Shown here: piece by piece, positions 39,840-49,814 of the stretch
How positions within the stretch are numbered: position 1 is the stretch's first letter
How the letters are laid out: every line of letters begins with the position of its first letter
NCBI GenBank assembly: GCA_963665235.2
Contig: CAXXLX010000001.1
Span: 736,001 to 800,000 of the forward strand
DNA from: Candidatus Poribacteria bacterium
GTDB lineage: Bacteria > Poribacteria > WGA-4E > WGA-3G
Reading direction: 5' to 3'
DNA length: 64,000 nucleotides
Program-made: the position numbers and the translations under genes
Notes under the pieces: model-generated
What the model saw: only the letters and a program-made list of their open reading frames with translations
What the model was told of the DNA's origin: nothing
Database searches by the model: none

Positions 39840-42047
39840 TTATATCGTCCCAGACATCTTGCGGGCAACCCAGAATAAACCGAGCAGCAGAATAATCAAA
39901 CCTGCCCAAATAGGATGTGCCCAGAGGCGCGTTCGTTTAACAATCGGTTCAGGCTCCGGTAAAGCAGCTAGATGCTCCAATAGAGTTCGCACCTCAGCAA
40001 TCGGGACCAATTTGCCAGCGGTGATTTTAGCGATTTCCTCTAACACATCAAAACGCGCCAAACGGCCCTGCTGCTCACGATTTAAGCCTTGCACGGACAG
40101 CTCCGTTTGAATAGATGCCCCGGTTTCGCTACTCGTCGCAATGAGCCGATAGTTGCCAGCCTCCTCCGGAACAAACGTGCCGATAAACAATCCCCACGCG
40201 TCCTCTGTACCGGGTTGTAACCGAATTGTCTCCGTTTTACCTGAAGGTGAAATCGCTTGCACAGTCACAGTGCCTCTATCCAATGGGCCCCCGACGTTGT
40301 CGATTACGTTTGCATTTAACGTTAGCACGTCATCGACATGCGGTCTGTCAGGCGAGTAGAAGAGTCGTATGAATTCACCTTGTGCCATCTGTCGGCGATA
40401 TGCCATCCAGCGTGCAACTTGGCTCCAGAAGCGGTAGTGATATTTGTCTTCCACCCCGTGTCGCCAACGCCATGCGCTGTCCGTTCCCATGAACAGAACT
40501 TTCCCGGTGCCGTAAGTCTTTGTGACGATAAGGGGCACACGTCCAGAAACTGTTGCAACCTGAGCGTGAACAGCTAAAGTTTCGGTGCCTGCTTTCGCGC
40601 GTTCGACACCGGCATACCAGAAAAACCCGGGTAAGGTGCGCCATACCTCACTGTTGTCAAGGTCGGTATCGCTGAGACGTGTTAGCAAGCTTCGCTGTCC
40701 CGGCTCGGTGAGTGCGAAATAACCTTGCATGCTTGAACCGATGCCGTTCGGTATTGCGGGGTCTAAAACAACCGGATAGAGGTCAGCCAGCGGGCCGATA
40801 GTCAACGAATTATGTCCACCGGTGCGTCCTGGTAGAAAGACGAGCCCCGCTGCTTGCGCACTGACAAGTTGACGCAAATCTTGTGCATGTTCAATCGTCA
40901 GCTGTTCGGGAGATATACCGACATCCCCCAAGAACACCACATCAAATTTGCTGAGTTCTCTTGCGTCAGGAAACCGTTTGATATAACCGCGTCCGCCACC
41001 GACCTTCGGCAATTTCGGGTGAAAAAGTAGGCACGTTACATCAACCCCAGCATCCCGTTCTAAGGCGTTACGGAGATACCGGTATTCCCAGCGCGGATAA
41101 GATTCAATGACAAGAACTTTCAACTGCTCCTTCCGTATAGATATAGGGGCGGAGAGCTCATTATTTTCGGGAATGAGCTCCTGTACATCCTTCGTAATAC
41201 GTAAGGTGAGGGTATACTCTCCGGTTTCCTGTGGTGTCCAGGCAATATTGTCCTGTGCTTTTCCCATAGCAGGCACAGTGATAACTTTGGTAACCGTTTG
41301 CGCGTCATTGACCCTTAACGTGAGGTTCACATCCCTATCCTGTCCCAAGGTGTTTCGGACGACGAACGGAATGCGCAGCTGCTTTTTCGTTACGCCGTAA
41401 GTTGGCGCGTCCATGCTGACCAATTCAAGGTCCGGCAGCGGCACTTCACTCCCGATACCGACAGTGAAAACAGGAATGCCTTTCATGTGAAACCGTGTAG
41501 CTGCTTCCACGGGCGAGTTGCCGACATTCCAATCTCCATCAGATAGGAGAACTACACCGCGAAGGTTATCGTGATTTTCCAGCACATGAGACAGCCCGGC
41601 GTTCAAATCGGTTGCTTCCTCCGCTGGGTCTAATAGAGAAGAGAACGGCTCAAATACTACGTTGAGTTCAGTATCGCCTTCTACTTTCCATACCTCCGCT
41701 GCCATAAGCGGCTGAATTGTTTCGGCGCGACTTTTGCGTGTGGCAGTTGTATCCTGCTCGTCAATCACATCCTGCGTTTGCATACTGTTAGATTTATCCC
41801 ATAACACAGCAAGCGTAGAACGGCGTTCAGGTAGTTGTGATTCCAACCATTCCGGTTGATTTAGGGTGACAACTACGAGACAGACGAGTACAAAACGGAG
41901 CAGTTCAAGCCATCCGATGCGTTTTCGGTACCCGCTGCGGTGCCATGCGTACCAACATAATATGCCGGTGATGATAACAATAATCAGGCCTACAATTAGG
42001 ATGGAGGCACTTGAGAAGAATTCGAGATGTCCTTGTTGATTTGGCAT
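39840..42047 (-). CDS. Membrane vWA-domain / glutamine-amidotransferase-like protein of the MoxR cluster
   Basis: N-terminal TMs, MIDAS-like WDKSNSM and LLSDG, PRWEYRYLRNAL, C-terminal TM; RBS GGAG before ATG 42047. Confidence 0.88.
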   Translation of the reverse strand: MPNQQGHLEFFSSASILIVGLIIVIITGILCWYAWHRSGYRKRIGWLELLRFVLVCLVVVTLNQPEWLESQLPERRSTLAVLWDKSNSMQTQDVIDEQDTTATRKSRAETIQPLMAAEVWKVEGDTELNVVFEPFSSLLDPAEEATDLNAGLSHVLENHDNLRGVVLLSDGDWNVGNSPVEAATRFHMKGIPVFTVGIGSEVPLPDLELVSMDAPTYGVTKKQLRIPFVVRNTLGQDRDVNLTLRVNDAQTVTKVITVPAMGKAQDNIAWTPQETGEYTLTLRITKDVQELIPENNELSAPISIRKEQLKVLVIESYPRWEYRYLRNALERDAGVDVTCLLFHPKLPKVGGGRGYIKRFPDARELSKFDVVFLGDVGISPEQLTIEHAQDLRQLVSAQAAGLVFLPGRTGGHNSLTIGPLADLYPVVLDPAIPNGIGSSMQGYFALTEPGQRSLLTRLSDTDLDNSEVWRTLPGFFWYAGVERAKAGTETLAVHAQVATVSGRVPLIVTKTYGTGKVLFMGTDSAWRWRHGVEDKYHYRFWSQVARWMAYRRQMAQGEFIRLFYSPDRPHVDDVLTLNANVIDNVGGPLDRGTVTVQAISPSGKTETIRLQPGTEDAWGLFIGTFVPEEAGNYRLIATSSETGASIQTELSVQGLNREQQGRLARFDVLEEIAKITAGKLVPIAEVRTLLEHLAALPEPEPIVKRTRLWAHPIWAGLIILLLGLFWVARKMSGTI

Positions 42048-42069
42048 ATTTGTTCGGTCTCCGGGGGTG

Positions 42070-45000
42070 CTAAAACATTCTTTCCTCGTCGATTTTCGCG
42101 TGTTTAATTTGTTCTTCCAATGTTGCGATATATTCATCGAGCCAACATATCACGTTCCCGTCGTCTTCGGTGTTCTTGATATGAAGCAGCTTCTGTTTTA
42201 TTGTGTCGTAGTGTAAACTGGCAGGGCCCAACCCCACACCTTCTAAATAATTCGATATCAGTGCGTGTCGGACATCCTCTCGTTCACCATAACGCGTAAG
42301 AATTGTCCGCGCCAGGGAAGTTTGCCATTCCGTTTCTATGAGGGTTTTAGGAACGAAACTACGCGCAAGTACGGAGGCACGATTTTCCACGTTTTTATCA
42401 ATCCATTCCCAGATTTTTTTGTGTGGAATAAGCGTTATGGCTCCTTTTTCTGTTTTCGAGAGCTCTGCTCCTTGTAGCCACCATTCCAGCGCGGTACTCC
42501 TTGAAAAATTGGTGTTTGTCTCTACGGATGCATCTAGATATTTGCTAACCCGTTCCCACACCTGTTCGGGGAACTTTTTCATCACTTCAGTTAGAAGTGA
42601 AGTTGTTTTCGCTTTAAATCCTGGAACGATGGTCCCTTTTGTTCCGAAGTGCGCGAGCATTAACGCCACAAGTTCTAAACACTTTTCTGGATAGCGTTGC
42701 AGGAATGCTTTTCCGAGCTCTATCCAATAGTGCTCTATCATTGTCCTAAACCGATTTTCATTCGATTCTTCAAAAAAGGATGGATGGGTGAGCAGCTGGA
42801 ACGTCAGGTCAGCAGGTAAAGTTGGTTTCGGTTTCTGGCCAACGTAGTAGCGGTGATAAAGGCATAATGCGATTGACACGGCGGATTTTTCGGAAACGTT
42901 CAGCAAGAACTCAATCCACGCTGTGAAAACCGCCTCGGATAGATTTTCAATCGCTCTGCTGTAGGTAAAAATGTCAAATCGATTGATATCGATGATGCCC
43001 TCTTTAGCAAGATGGAGGAGCCGCAATCCGGCTCGAGCGGTCAAGCCTGAACGGTGTGTGAGTTCCGGAATTAGCAGATTTAACGTGTTATCCTCAATAA
43101 GTGCGTCAAGTTGTTTTTCCCATTTTGCCGTGTTGGTCTCAAAGAGTGCACGGAAATAGCCGCCTAGGAAATAGGCACTCTCGGTGTCACCTGTGTTTCG
43201 TTGGGCATCAAGTAGGGTTGGCAGCAACGCAAATCTGCTGTCTTTCTGTCCGAGTTGGTACCCAAACCTGTATCCATTCTTCGCCTCGGATGTCACAAGC
43301 CATGGGAGTTCCCCTTTCAAAAGGGTAGGATTTTCAACGACTTGATTAGCGAGTGTTTCAAGGTGAGATTGAACAGGATTGATTACTTCACCGTTATCGA
43401 GAGGTGCATCTTCAGGGAGATACATCCCTACGTATCGTCGCATTAGGGAATGAAAATCGGAACCAACCAATTCATCTCGAAGCACTTCAAAACGTTGTCG
43501 AATTTCCGCCGGGAGTCCCGTGTTGTCAACATAAGCATCATCATCAAGCAAGATTCGACTCACTGTTTCAATAATCTGTTTTTCGTTCGCATATCTGTTT
43601 TCGGTAATAGTTATAAGAGTGTTGATAACCATCTCGCTTAGATGTGGGATTCTTGCAAGCGAGCCTGCTTGTTCAAGCAGAATCTCTACAGCCTCCTCCC
43701 GTTCATCTTCTGGCAAGAGTGCTAATTGTTCAGATAAAAGTTGCCATACATGTCGATAGGCATCCCAGAGTTCTCCATAAGTTTTAGGTTGCCAAAGTTT
43801 AGGGAGCATCCATAATTCTTGATATTCTGCCCCAAGCATCCGTGAAAAGCGGTCAGATACTAGCCCTTTACGGCAAGCTTTCAATGCCAGAATTCGACGT
43901 TCTTTCGATTCAGACTCGAACGCCTCTTTCAAGACCGGCAAACGCTCTACGGGAGGTGCTTCGGTTCGCGCCCCTGCACCCCAGCCCGGTGAAAAAAGAT
44001 TGGCAAATACACCACTAGCATTATTTGAACACCCCTCATTCTCTGCTTCGCCGAGGGCGAGAAGTAGTCTTGCAGCCTCAACAAACAGCTCCCGATGCAT
44101 AGCAATTTTTTCAAGTGCCCAGACTACGTACCTTCGGCCATCTTTAAATTGCAGGAGGGCTTTTCTATCTAATATTCCTATCGTTCGCGTCAGGCATTGT
44201 AACGCAGATTTAGGGTCTGCTTCAGTCAATGCTGAAAAAAAACGGCTACCCCTCCTCGTATTCAAATATTCACTATTCTGAAAGGGACCGTTTGGCCCTA
44301 GGAGCCCCTTGACAATTTCTGAGGCGGGTTCTGATTCAGCCGCGTATCGGAACATTTCATGGAACGCATCAACTAATTCAGGCGGTAAACCTTGGGTGAA
44401 GGTTTCAAGGTCAAACGGGTTTCCATAAACTTGCCACCACTCTACCCATAACTTAATATGGAGTGCTTCCGGTGTGATGTAGAGCGTAAACTCCCCTTGA
44501 AGGATTTTGCGTCTTTTCAACTCATCAACAATTTTCTGAAACCTACTCCAAGTAATCTGTTCGTCGGCCTCTTTAACCTTTGCAGTAATCGCTTGGGCTT
44601 CTACGACAACGCGCCCCCCAAAACCAAATCGCCTAAAGAGCGCTATATGCTGAAGCACCAACTCCCTCTGTTGAACCTCTAGGCTCTCCGGACTTTCTCT
44701 ACTGAAGTCAACGTAGAAACTCTTGTAGAGATAGTCATCATTCAGCAGCTCGGATGGCGTGTCCGGATGAGTGAATAGAACTTCACCTGTGCGATGTGCC
44801 ATGCGTGGCGAACCACCACAGAACGGCAGATATCCTTCTGCTTTTTCTTTCGAAACCCTGTATCCCTGAATGATATCCAGAATCTTATCGTTATTCAATC
44901 GCTCTACTTCAAAGACAGAAATATCGCGACTGACAACCGGATCGCGCTCGTTATAGATGCTAACCAACTTAATCCGGGGTCCCTGATTTTGCAGCTTATC

Positions 45001-45900
45001 CCATATATAAAACCGGCTGTCCGGCGCGCACTCATCAATTACTAAAACAGCAGAAAAGTGATTATCGTCCCGGAGGATTTCACGCATTAACTCTCCGGTA
45101 CGAAACTGTGCAGCCGTAGAATAAATAACAAGCGGTGCTAAATCGTCTGTTCTTGTAGCTTCTAAAACGAGCTTCGTTTTACCAATGCCAGGTTTACCCA
45201 ACACCCGCACATGAACCGCACTAATGTCCTCCCGCAATTTGTCCCTGATTTCTTCAATTAAGGCTCCCTGTGTTGCCCCAGGAACAAACGGCACATCCAT
45301 AGTTCCATCTTGAGACCAACTCTGATGTGTTTGAAAGTCCGCTCCAGAGCGTTCATTAACCGACAACGCCAACGATGGAAACGCCTGAAGAAAACCAATT
45401 AGCGTATTTTGCGTAAACACCTCTACTTTGGGCTCTGAATAACCACACTGCTTTAAGTATTCCGCAATGTTAGAAAGAATTTTTTCTCTTTGTGGTACAA
45501 CCGGATCGATTCCGGTGCAGACCAAAACGTAAGTGCTCTCAGCATTAAGGCAGGCGCGAATACTCTCCCCTAAGTTCTGTAACTCAGGTGTTTTTTCTCC
45601 GAAGAGTGCTTTCTTGATGACCGATTTCCGCCACGGTTTAAACTCCGCCCCCGATTTAATCTGATAACTCGTTTTGCCTGGTTTAATGAGCTCGGGTTTT
45701 GCGATTTGTGCGTCATCAACGGTAGCGTCAACGCCGCCATCTGGGACATTAACCCAACTAGACACACTAATCTTGCTGATTTCTATACCAAGCCGGCGCG
45801 CTTCTGCCCAGAGCAGGTTCCGAAAAAATTCGACCGACGTGTTTAAATCAAGTTCCTTAAGATGTTCCTTTGTTACGGTAAAAATTGTGTCGCGATTCAT
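42070..45900 (-). CDS. REase-STAND NTPase-helical repeat protein (Avs/NLR-like candidate anti-phage protein)
   Basis: N-terminal PDGGVD...YQIKS (Mrr-like PD-(D/E/Q)xK), Walker A GKPGIGKT, Walker B LVIDE, GSP motif, long helical C-terminus; own promoter TTGACA-N17-TATCCT (45932-45960). Confidence 0.8.
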   Translation of the reverse strand: MNRDTIFTVTKEHLKELDLNTSVEFFRNLLWAEARRLGIEISKISVSSWVNVPDGGVDATVDDAQIAKPELIKPGKTSYQIKSGAEFKPWRKSVIKKALFGEKTPELQNLGESIRACLNAESTYVLVCTGIDPVVPQREKILSNIAEYLKQCGYSEPKVEVFTQNTLIGFLQAFPSLALSVNERSGADFQTHQSWSQDGTMDVPFVPGATQGALIEEIRDKLREDISAVHVRVLGKPGIGKTKLVLEATRTDDLAPLVIYSTAAQFRTGELMREILRDDNHFSAVLVIDECAPDSRFYIWDKLQNQGPRIKLVSIYNERDPVVSRDISVFEVERLNNDKILDIIQGYRVSKEKAEGYLPFCGGSPRMAHRTGEVLFTHPDTPSELLNDDYLYKSFYVDFSRESPESLEVQQRELVLQHIALFRRFGFGGRVVVEAQAITAKVKEADEQITWSRFQKIVDELKRRKILQGEFTLYITPEALHIKLWVEWWQVYGNPFDLETFTQGLPPELVDAFHEMFRYAAESEPASEIVKGLLGPNGPFQNSEYLNTRRGSRFFSALTEADPKSALQCLTRTIGILDRKALLQFKDGRRYVVWALEKIAMHRELFVEAARLLLALGEAENEGCSNNASGVFANLFSPGWGAGARTEAPPVERLPVLKEAFESESKERRILALKACRKGLVSDRFSRMLGAEYQELWMLPKLWQPKTYGELWDAYRHVWQLLSEQLALLPEDEREEAVEILLEQAGSLARIPHLSEMVINTLITITENRYANEKQIIETVSRILLDDDAYVDNTGLPAEIRQRFEVLRDELVGSDFHSLMRRYVGMYLPEDAPLDNGEVINPVQSHLETLANQVVENPTLLKGELPWLVTSEAKNGYRFGYQLGQKDSRFALLPTLLDAQRNTGDTESAYFLGGYFRALFETNTAKWEKQLDALIEDNTLNLLIPELTHRSGLTARAGLRLLHLAKEGIIDINRFDIFTYSRAIENLSEAVFTAWIEFLLNVSEKSAVSIALCLYHRYYVGQKPKPTLPADLTFQLLTHPSFFEESNENRFRTMIEHYWIELGKAFLQRYPEKCLELVALMLAHFGTKGTIVPGFKAKTTSLLTEVMKKFPEQVWERVSKYLDASVETNTNFSRSTALEWWLQGAELSKTEKGAITLIPHKKIWEWIDKNVENRASVLARSFVPKTLIETEWQTSLARTILTRYGEREDVRHALISNYLEGVGLGPASLHYDTIKQKLLHIKNTEDDGNVICWLDEYIATLEEQIKHAKIDEERMF

Positions 45901-46154
45901 TGTAAAACTCCGAAAAATCTAGGATACAAATAGGATACCATACATAGCGTCCCGTGTCAAGGACAATCAGAGACATTCGGTCAAAAGCGGGCAAACCTAA
46001 AACTATGTGAGCACTAAATATCTTTACAAACGTGAGCTTGATAATAAAGGTCCGTTGGTTTCCCTAACCTCTATAAATATATCGTCCTTGAGGAGCGGGC
46101 TGCTTGCCCGAATACTGGGACTAAGAGTTGTGGCGGAAACGGTTTTCTATTGGA

Positions 46155-46505
46155 CAAAAGCGCGGTTTCCCCAGCGGGGCGGTATCTTTATAGAAAACCC
46201 AACCACACCACAAACTAGCCCCAGCGGGGCGGTATGTTTATAGATTTTAGCCAAACCCCTCTTCTTTCCGCGTCCTCTGCGTTCTGTGCCTTCCGTGATT
46301 CAGAAAAAAATGCGTAGATATTAGAAACAACCCTCTTTTTTCCTCGTTCTCCGTATTTTCCGGGCTTTCCGTGATTCAGACAACACACGCCAAATCCACC
46401 CTTCCCCTCTTCCAATCTTCCGCTCTTCCAATCTTCCCTCTTCCAATCTTCCCCCCTTTCCTTTGACAAAAACGTTACCCGCTCCTAAAATTGTCCAAAG
46501 TTTAG
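46155..46505 (+). mobile_element. MITE-D right part (left boundary approximate)
   Basis: GCCCCAGCGGGGC hairpins, CTTCC tract, TTGACA-N17-TAAAAT, TGTCCAAAGTTTAG end. Confidence 0.75.
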
Positions 46506-46516
46506 TAAACTTCGCG

Positions 46517-48538
46517 CTAATCTGTGCTTTCAGCTGCGGGGGTAAAATCAAGTTGCGGGTTGTCTTCGAGCTTCTTGCTCGGTAAACTCAGTATTGCCTC
46601 AATGATAAGTGCTAGCATCATCGCGATGAGAAAGGTGCGCCAGAGTTCATTCGCCAAGGCAGATGTATCTCCGACCTCCACATCTATTCGCCGATAGGAC
46701 AATCCATCAAACAAGCTATCCACTGTGTCAACGGGTGCCGCCTTAGCCGTATCTTCAGCATCGCTGCGATTGATAGCTACCCAGTCCGTTTCGTTTTGGT
46801 AAACCCCTGCATGTAATCCGCGTTCTGAAAGAGAGGGGGTATCTTCTACAGGCGCGACCGCTTCCCACTGTTCACGGTCTGCTAGCGCATCAGGTGCCGC
46901 GTCGCGTTGAGATGCGGATGCTAATGCCCGACACCCTATAGCTAACGCCCGTTGTAGCATAACATAAAACACAACACCGTCGCGTTGTAGTGAAGAGAAC
47001 TCTGCTGTAGGGAGTGTGCTACAGAAATAGGCCGCACCGGGCTCCGTTGCCACACGGATTAGGAGCGGTGCCTCGTTTCCAAACTTTGCTAACGTTGTGC
47101 CGGTACTTTCAAGGGCGCGATATCGGTAGGTGCGGAGTTCATTTAAGGGTAAGGCATCGCCGCTGGCTACATGTGCAAACAGCTCGGTGTCGCCACGCCA
47201 CCATGCAAGCTTATGAAACTGCTGTTCATCCGGTGATTGCCAGTCATTCCAACGTGAGTCGAAGATTTGCCCACCGGGGTTTTGATTCGGTGGAAAGAAG
47301 ATAACAACCCGTCCGCTGTTGACGAAATTCTGAAGCTGTTCTGCGAGCAGACCGCTAGGCAAAGCTGCCTGCCAGATTAACAATCCCGTCCTTTCCCAAT
47401 CAATTTCCCCAATACGATTTACGGAAATCACCTCTGCTTGATGTTGCAGCCGAGCATCGGGGGGGATAGCAAGAGCGAGCCGAAACGCTTCACTAATTCT
47501 CGCGTCATCACTGACGATAACCGATTTCCGCATCGGTGGTTCAGAGAACACAAAGAAAAATCGGTTATCCAACGGATTGGCATCCCCGGGCAACCGAACT
47601 GCCCCCCAGCCTGAAGTAAGCTTACCATCAATTGGGATACGATGTCCTTGCAAAGATGCCCCCCGTGTATCAAGTTCAACTTCAACCACAGACCGGACGT
47701 TGTTGACTTCAAATTCAATCGGCACCTTTCGTGTGTCGCTCCTGTTGCCTTCGGTGCGAACTATCACGTCAAGAATGAGTTCCGCCTCGTTGCCGCGTTG
47801 CCACCGTTGCACGTTTTCGACCCGTACGGATAAATTGTTTGTGGCTGGGGCTGAATAGGAAAGCAGGAAATGGTGGACTCCCTCCAATTTTCCAAATTCT
47901 TCGCGTATCGCCTCCCAGCGTCCGCTATCAACACTCCAATCGTTCTCGTGAAGGTCGGAGCAGAGCCATACATCGGCACGTCCTGAGTTGTTCGCCTTCA
48001 GATAAGTTAATGCCGATTCAAGCATACCCGGGATGTTAGCCGTCGTGACAGTAGCATCGGTCATCGGCAGGCTTAATAGGGCTTTAGGTGAATCTACTTC
48101 CTGTAGCTGTCCGGTGGCACTATCGATGAGAATCAGGTGTGTTCCGTAATCTCCCTGTTCCAGCAATTGTGCGAGTCTTTTCAGTGCCGTGGAACGTTTC
48201 GATTCCCCCGCTTGTAGGTCCTGTATCTCCATACTTGCAGAGCGATCGAGGAGGACCATAGTGACATCAGGTTTCGCCAATCCGATGCTTCCCAGCCATC
48301 CGCCGGAGAGCGGGCGGCTGATAGCAAATATTAACGCTGCGATAGCGAGAGTACGCATGAGGAGGATGAGAATATGACGAATCCGCGCCATGCCTTTACT
48401 CATGCGTTTCGCAGTCATCAGGAACATCATCGCTGCCCAGGGGACAGTCCGATGCCGCTGCTGATTGATAAGATGGATGATGACTGGCAACAGCATCAAT
48501 GGAAGTGCAATTAATGCAAGCGGTTGTAGGAAATTCAT
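46517..48538 (-). CDS. BatA-domain + vWA protein
   Basis: MNFLQP...PVIIHLIN...VPWAAMMFL (BatA), LLDRSASM (MIDAS-like), C-terminal TM. Confidence 0.9.
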   Translation of the reverse strand: MNFLQPLALIALPLMLLPVIIHLINQQRHRTVPWAAMMFLMTAKRMSKGMARIRHILILLMRTLAIAALIFAISRPLSGGWLGSIGLAKPDVTMVLLDRSASMEIQDLQAGESKRSTALKRLAQLLEQGDYGTHLILIDSATGQLQEVDSPKALLSLPMTDATVTTANIPGMLESALTYLKANNSGRADVWLCSDLHENDWSVDSGRWEAIREEFGKLEGVHHFLLSYSAPATNNLSVRVENVQRWQRGNEAELILDVIVRTEGNRSDTRKVPIEFEVNNVRSVVEVELDTRGASLQGHRIPIDGKLTSGWGAVRLPGDANPLDNRFFFVFSEPPMRKSVIVSDDARISEAFRLALAIPPDARLQHQAEVISVNRIGEIDWERTGLLIWQAALPSGLLAEQLQNFVNSGRVVIFFPPNQNPGGQIFDSRWNDWQSPDEQQFHKLAWWRGDTELFAHVASGDALPLNELRTYRYRALESTGTTLAKFGNEAPLLIRVATEPGAAYFCSTLPTAEFSSLQRDGVVFYVMLQRALAIGCRALASASQRDAAPDALADREQWEAVAPVEDTPSLSERGLHAGVYQNETDWVAINRSDAEDTAKAAPVDTVDSLFDGLSYRRIDVEVGDTSALANELWRTFLIAMMLALIIEAILSLPSKKLEDNPQLDFTPAAESTD

Positions 48539-48568
48539 CAAAATCTTCGGATTGGAAACCCCCAGCAT

Positions 48569-49597
48569 TTATGCGGGGGAGGAAAATCCGCCTTTATAGT
48601 TGAAGTTCAAGCGTGTTAGCACTTGAAAATCTGTGCGTTTCGCACCCGTTGTTAATCGGTGTCCATCTAAACTATAGACAGAGAATAGGCCTTTAGCATT
48701 AACACCCGCAAGGCGTGTGAGTCCATATTTTTCGTGCTTTATCAATGTGTTTTTAACAAGTCCATCGCCTAATAAGGTGCCACCATATCGCGGACGATTG
48801 CCACCTTTCTGCGGATTTTGTCTGTGGAGTTGTCGCCTGCGTATCGGTATCGGTGAGATACAGAATATATCGGTATTGTCGGGTATCTCTAAACCGCCAA
48901 CGGTGTGATAGGCCAAGCACCAACTATCAACGCAATGTGCCTCAAAGGTTTCAGCTAACTTCTTTGACGACTTGTTGAGACCAAGCCGCTCGCGTATCTC
49001 TTTGGTTTCAAACCCTTGTAATGTTAGGAGTCTCCATCGCTTTTCTACCTCTGAATAGAACCAATGCTTGCCGACTTCCAAAGGACTAAAGGACTGATTC
49101 CACTGCTTTTGATACTGTTTTGTTTGCGCCTTAATGTCCTCAACACAGACGTGTGTGACAGGATAGAGGTTAGACAACCAATCTAATATCCGAAGTTTCC
49201 AATCCCATCTCGCACGTGTGCCTGCAGGGATACGCTTCCGGTTCGACAGGTTGTGCTGCTTCTTTTTTCGATTCGGGCATTTCCGTGTGCGTCTGCTTCT
49301 CCGCAACTTCCGACGCTTCTCGATTTTCTTTCCAACCTTGTTGTGAGCGTCTGCTTGCACATTTAGGTAGGTATGTGCCTCGCTTTTGACGGTAAAGCCT
49401 TCCTTCTTACTGCCAGGGTCTACGCCTACGCATATCTGTTGGAAGTATCTATCCGAAGGCTCGGCGTTAAGGCGCACACAAAAAACGCCATTCTTCCAAA
49501 ACGGTGTGGCTTTCTTGTCTCGTATCCACTTCCTTGCCCGCGAAGGCTTTGTCGGCATCAGTGGATTTTGGTTTTTGTCAACAACAGGAACAAACAT
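48569..49597 (-). CDS. isrB: IsrB RNA-guided nickase (PLMP/RRXRR + split RuvC, no HNH), 342 aa
   Basis: MFVPVVDKNQNPLMPT (PLMP), RuvC-I GVDPGSK, Arg-rich bridge helix RRKLRRSRR, RuvC-II VED, RuvC-III HCVDS; no HNH or CxxC insert; RBS GGAG before ATG 49597. Confidence 0.9.
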   Translation of the reverse strand: MFVPVVDKNQNPLMPTKPSRARKWIRDKKATPFWKNGVFCVRLNAEPSDRYFQQICVGVDPGSKKEGFTVKSEAHTYLNVQADAHNKVGKKIEKRRKLRRSRRTRKCPNRKKKQHNLSNRKRIPAGTRARWDWKLRILDWLSNLYPVTHVCVEDIKAQTKQYQKQWNQSFSPLEVGKHWFYSEVEKRWRLLTLQGFETKEIRERLGLNKSSKKLAETFEAHCVDSWCLAYHTVGGLEIPDNTDIFCISPIPIRRRQLHRQNPQKGGNRPRYGGTLLGDGLVKNTLIKHEKYGLTRLAGVNAKGLFSVYSLDGHRLTTGAKRTDFQVLTRLNFNYKGGFSSPA

Positions 49598-49604
49598 AGT
49601 TTGT

Positions 49605-49802
49605 AATTCTCCGTAGAGTTTGTATTTCCCCATCCAGATCGGTATATCAGCGTTTACATCGGACTTGGGGAGCATCCGAAACACCTTTGTGCACCACCAC
49701 AGATATACCGATATATTACTGTAGTGAAGAACTTAATCTTTGACAGGGAACGTGTGGTTACGCTATGTCAAAGCACCCAGGCTTTAGCAGGGTGATCTTT
49801 AC
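49605..49802 (-). ncRNA. Putative omegaRNA scaffold; guide predicted from the flank at about 49803-49822
   Basis: About 200-nt non-coding structured region directly upstream of isrB, with pairings TTTGACA/TGTCAAAG, ATCGGTATATC/GATATACCGAT and TCGGA-TGCTCCCCAAG-TCCGA whose loop can pair with the downstream TGGGGA. Confidence 0.75.
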
Positions 49803-49814
49803 TGATGGCCTGCC

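Larger units (their letters stand above)
48539..49802 (-). mobile_element. Non-autonomous IS200/IS605-type isrB element (omegaRNA + isrB, no tnpA)
   Basis: Subterminal hairpins CACCCTGCTAAAGCCTGGGTG (5') and CCCCCGCATAAATGCTGGGGG (3'); lies between the normally adjacent DUF58 and BatA genes. Exact ends are inferred. Confidence 0.8.

Noticed and set aside
48569-49684. Calling the RRXRR protein IscB, Cas9 or TnpB, or using the 49684 start
   Set aside because: No HNH insert, and it has a PLMP N-terminus, so it is IsrB; the extra 29 codons lie within the omegaRNA and the RBS precedes 49597.
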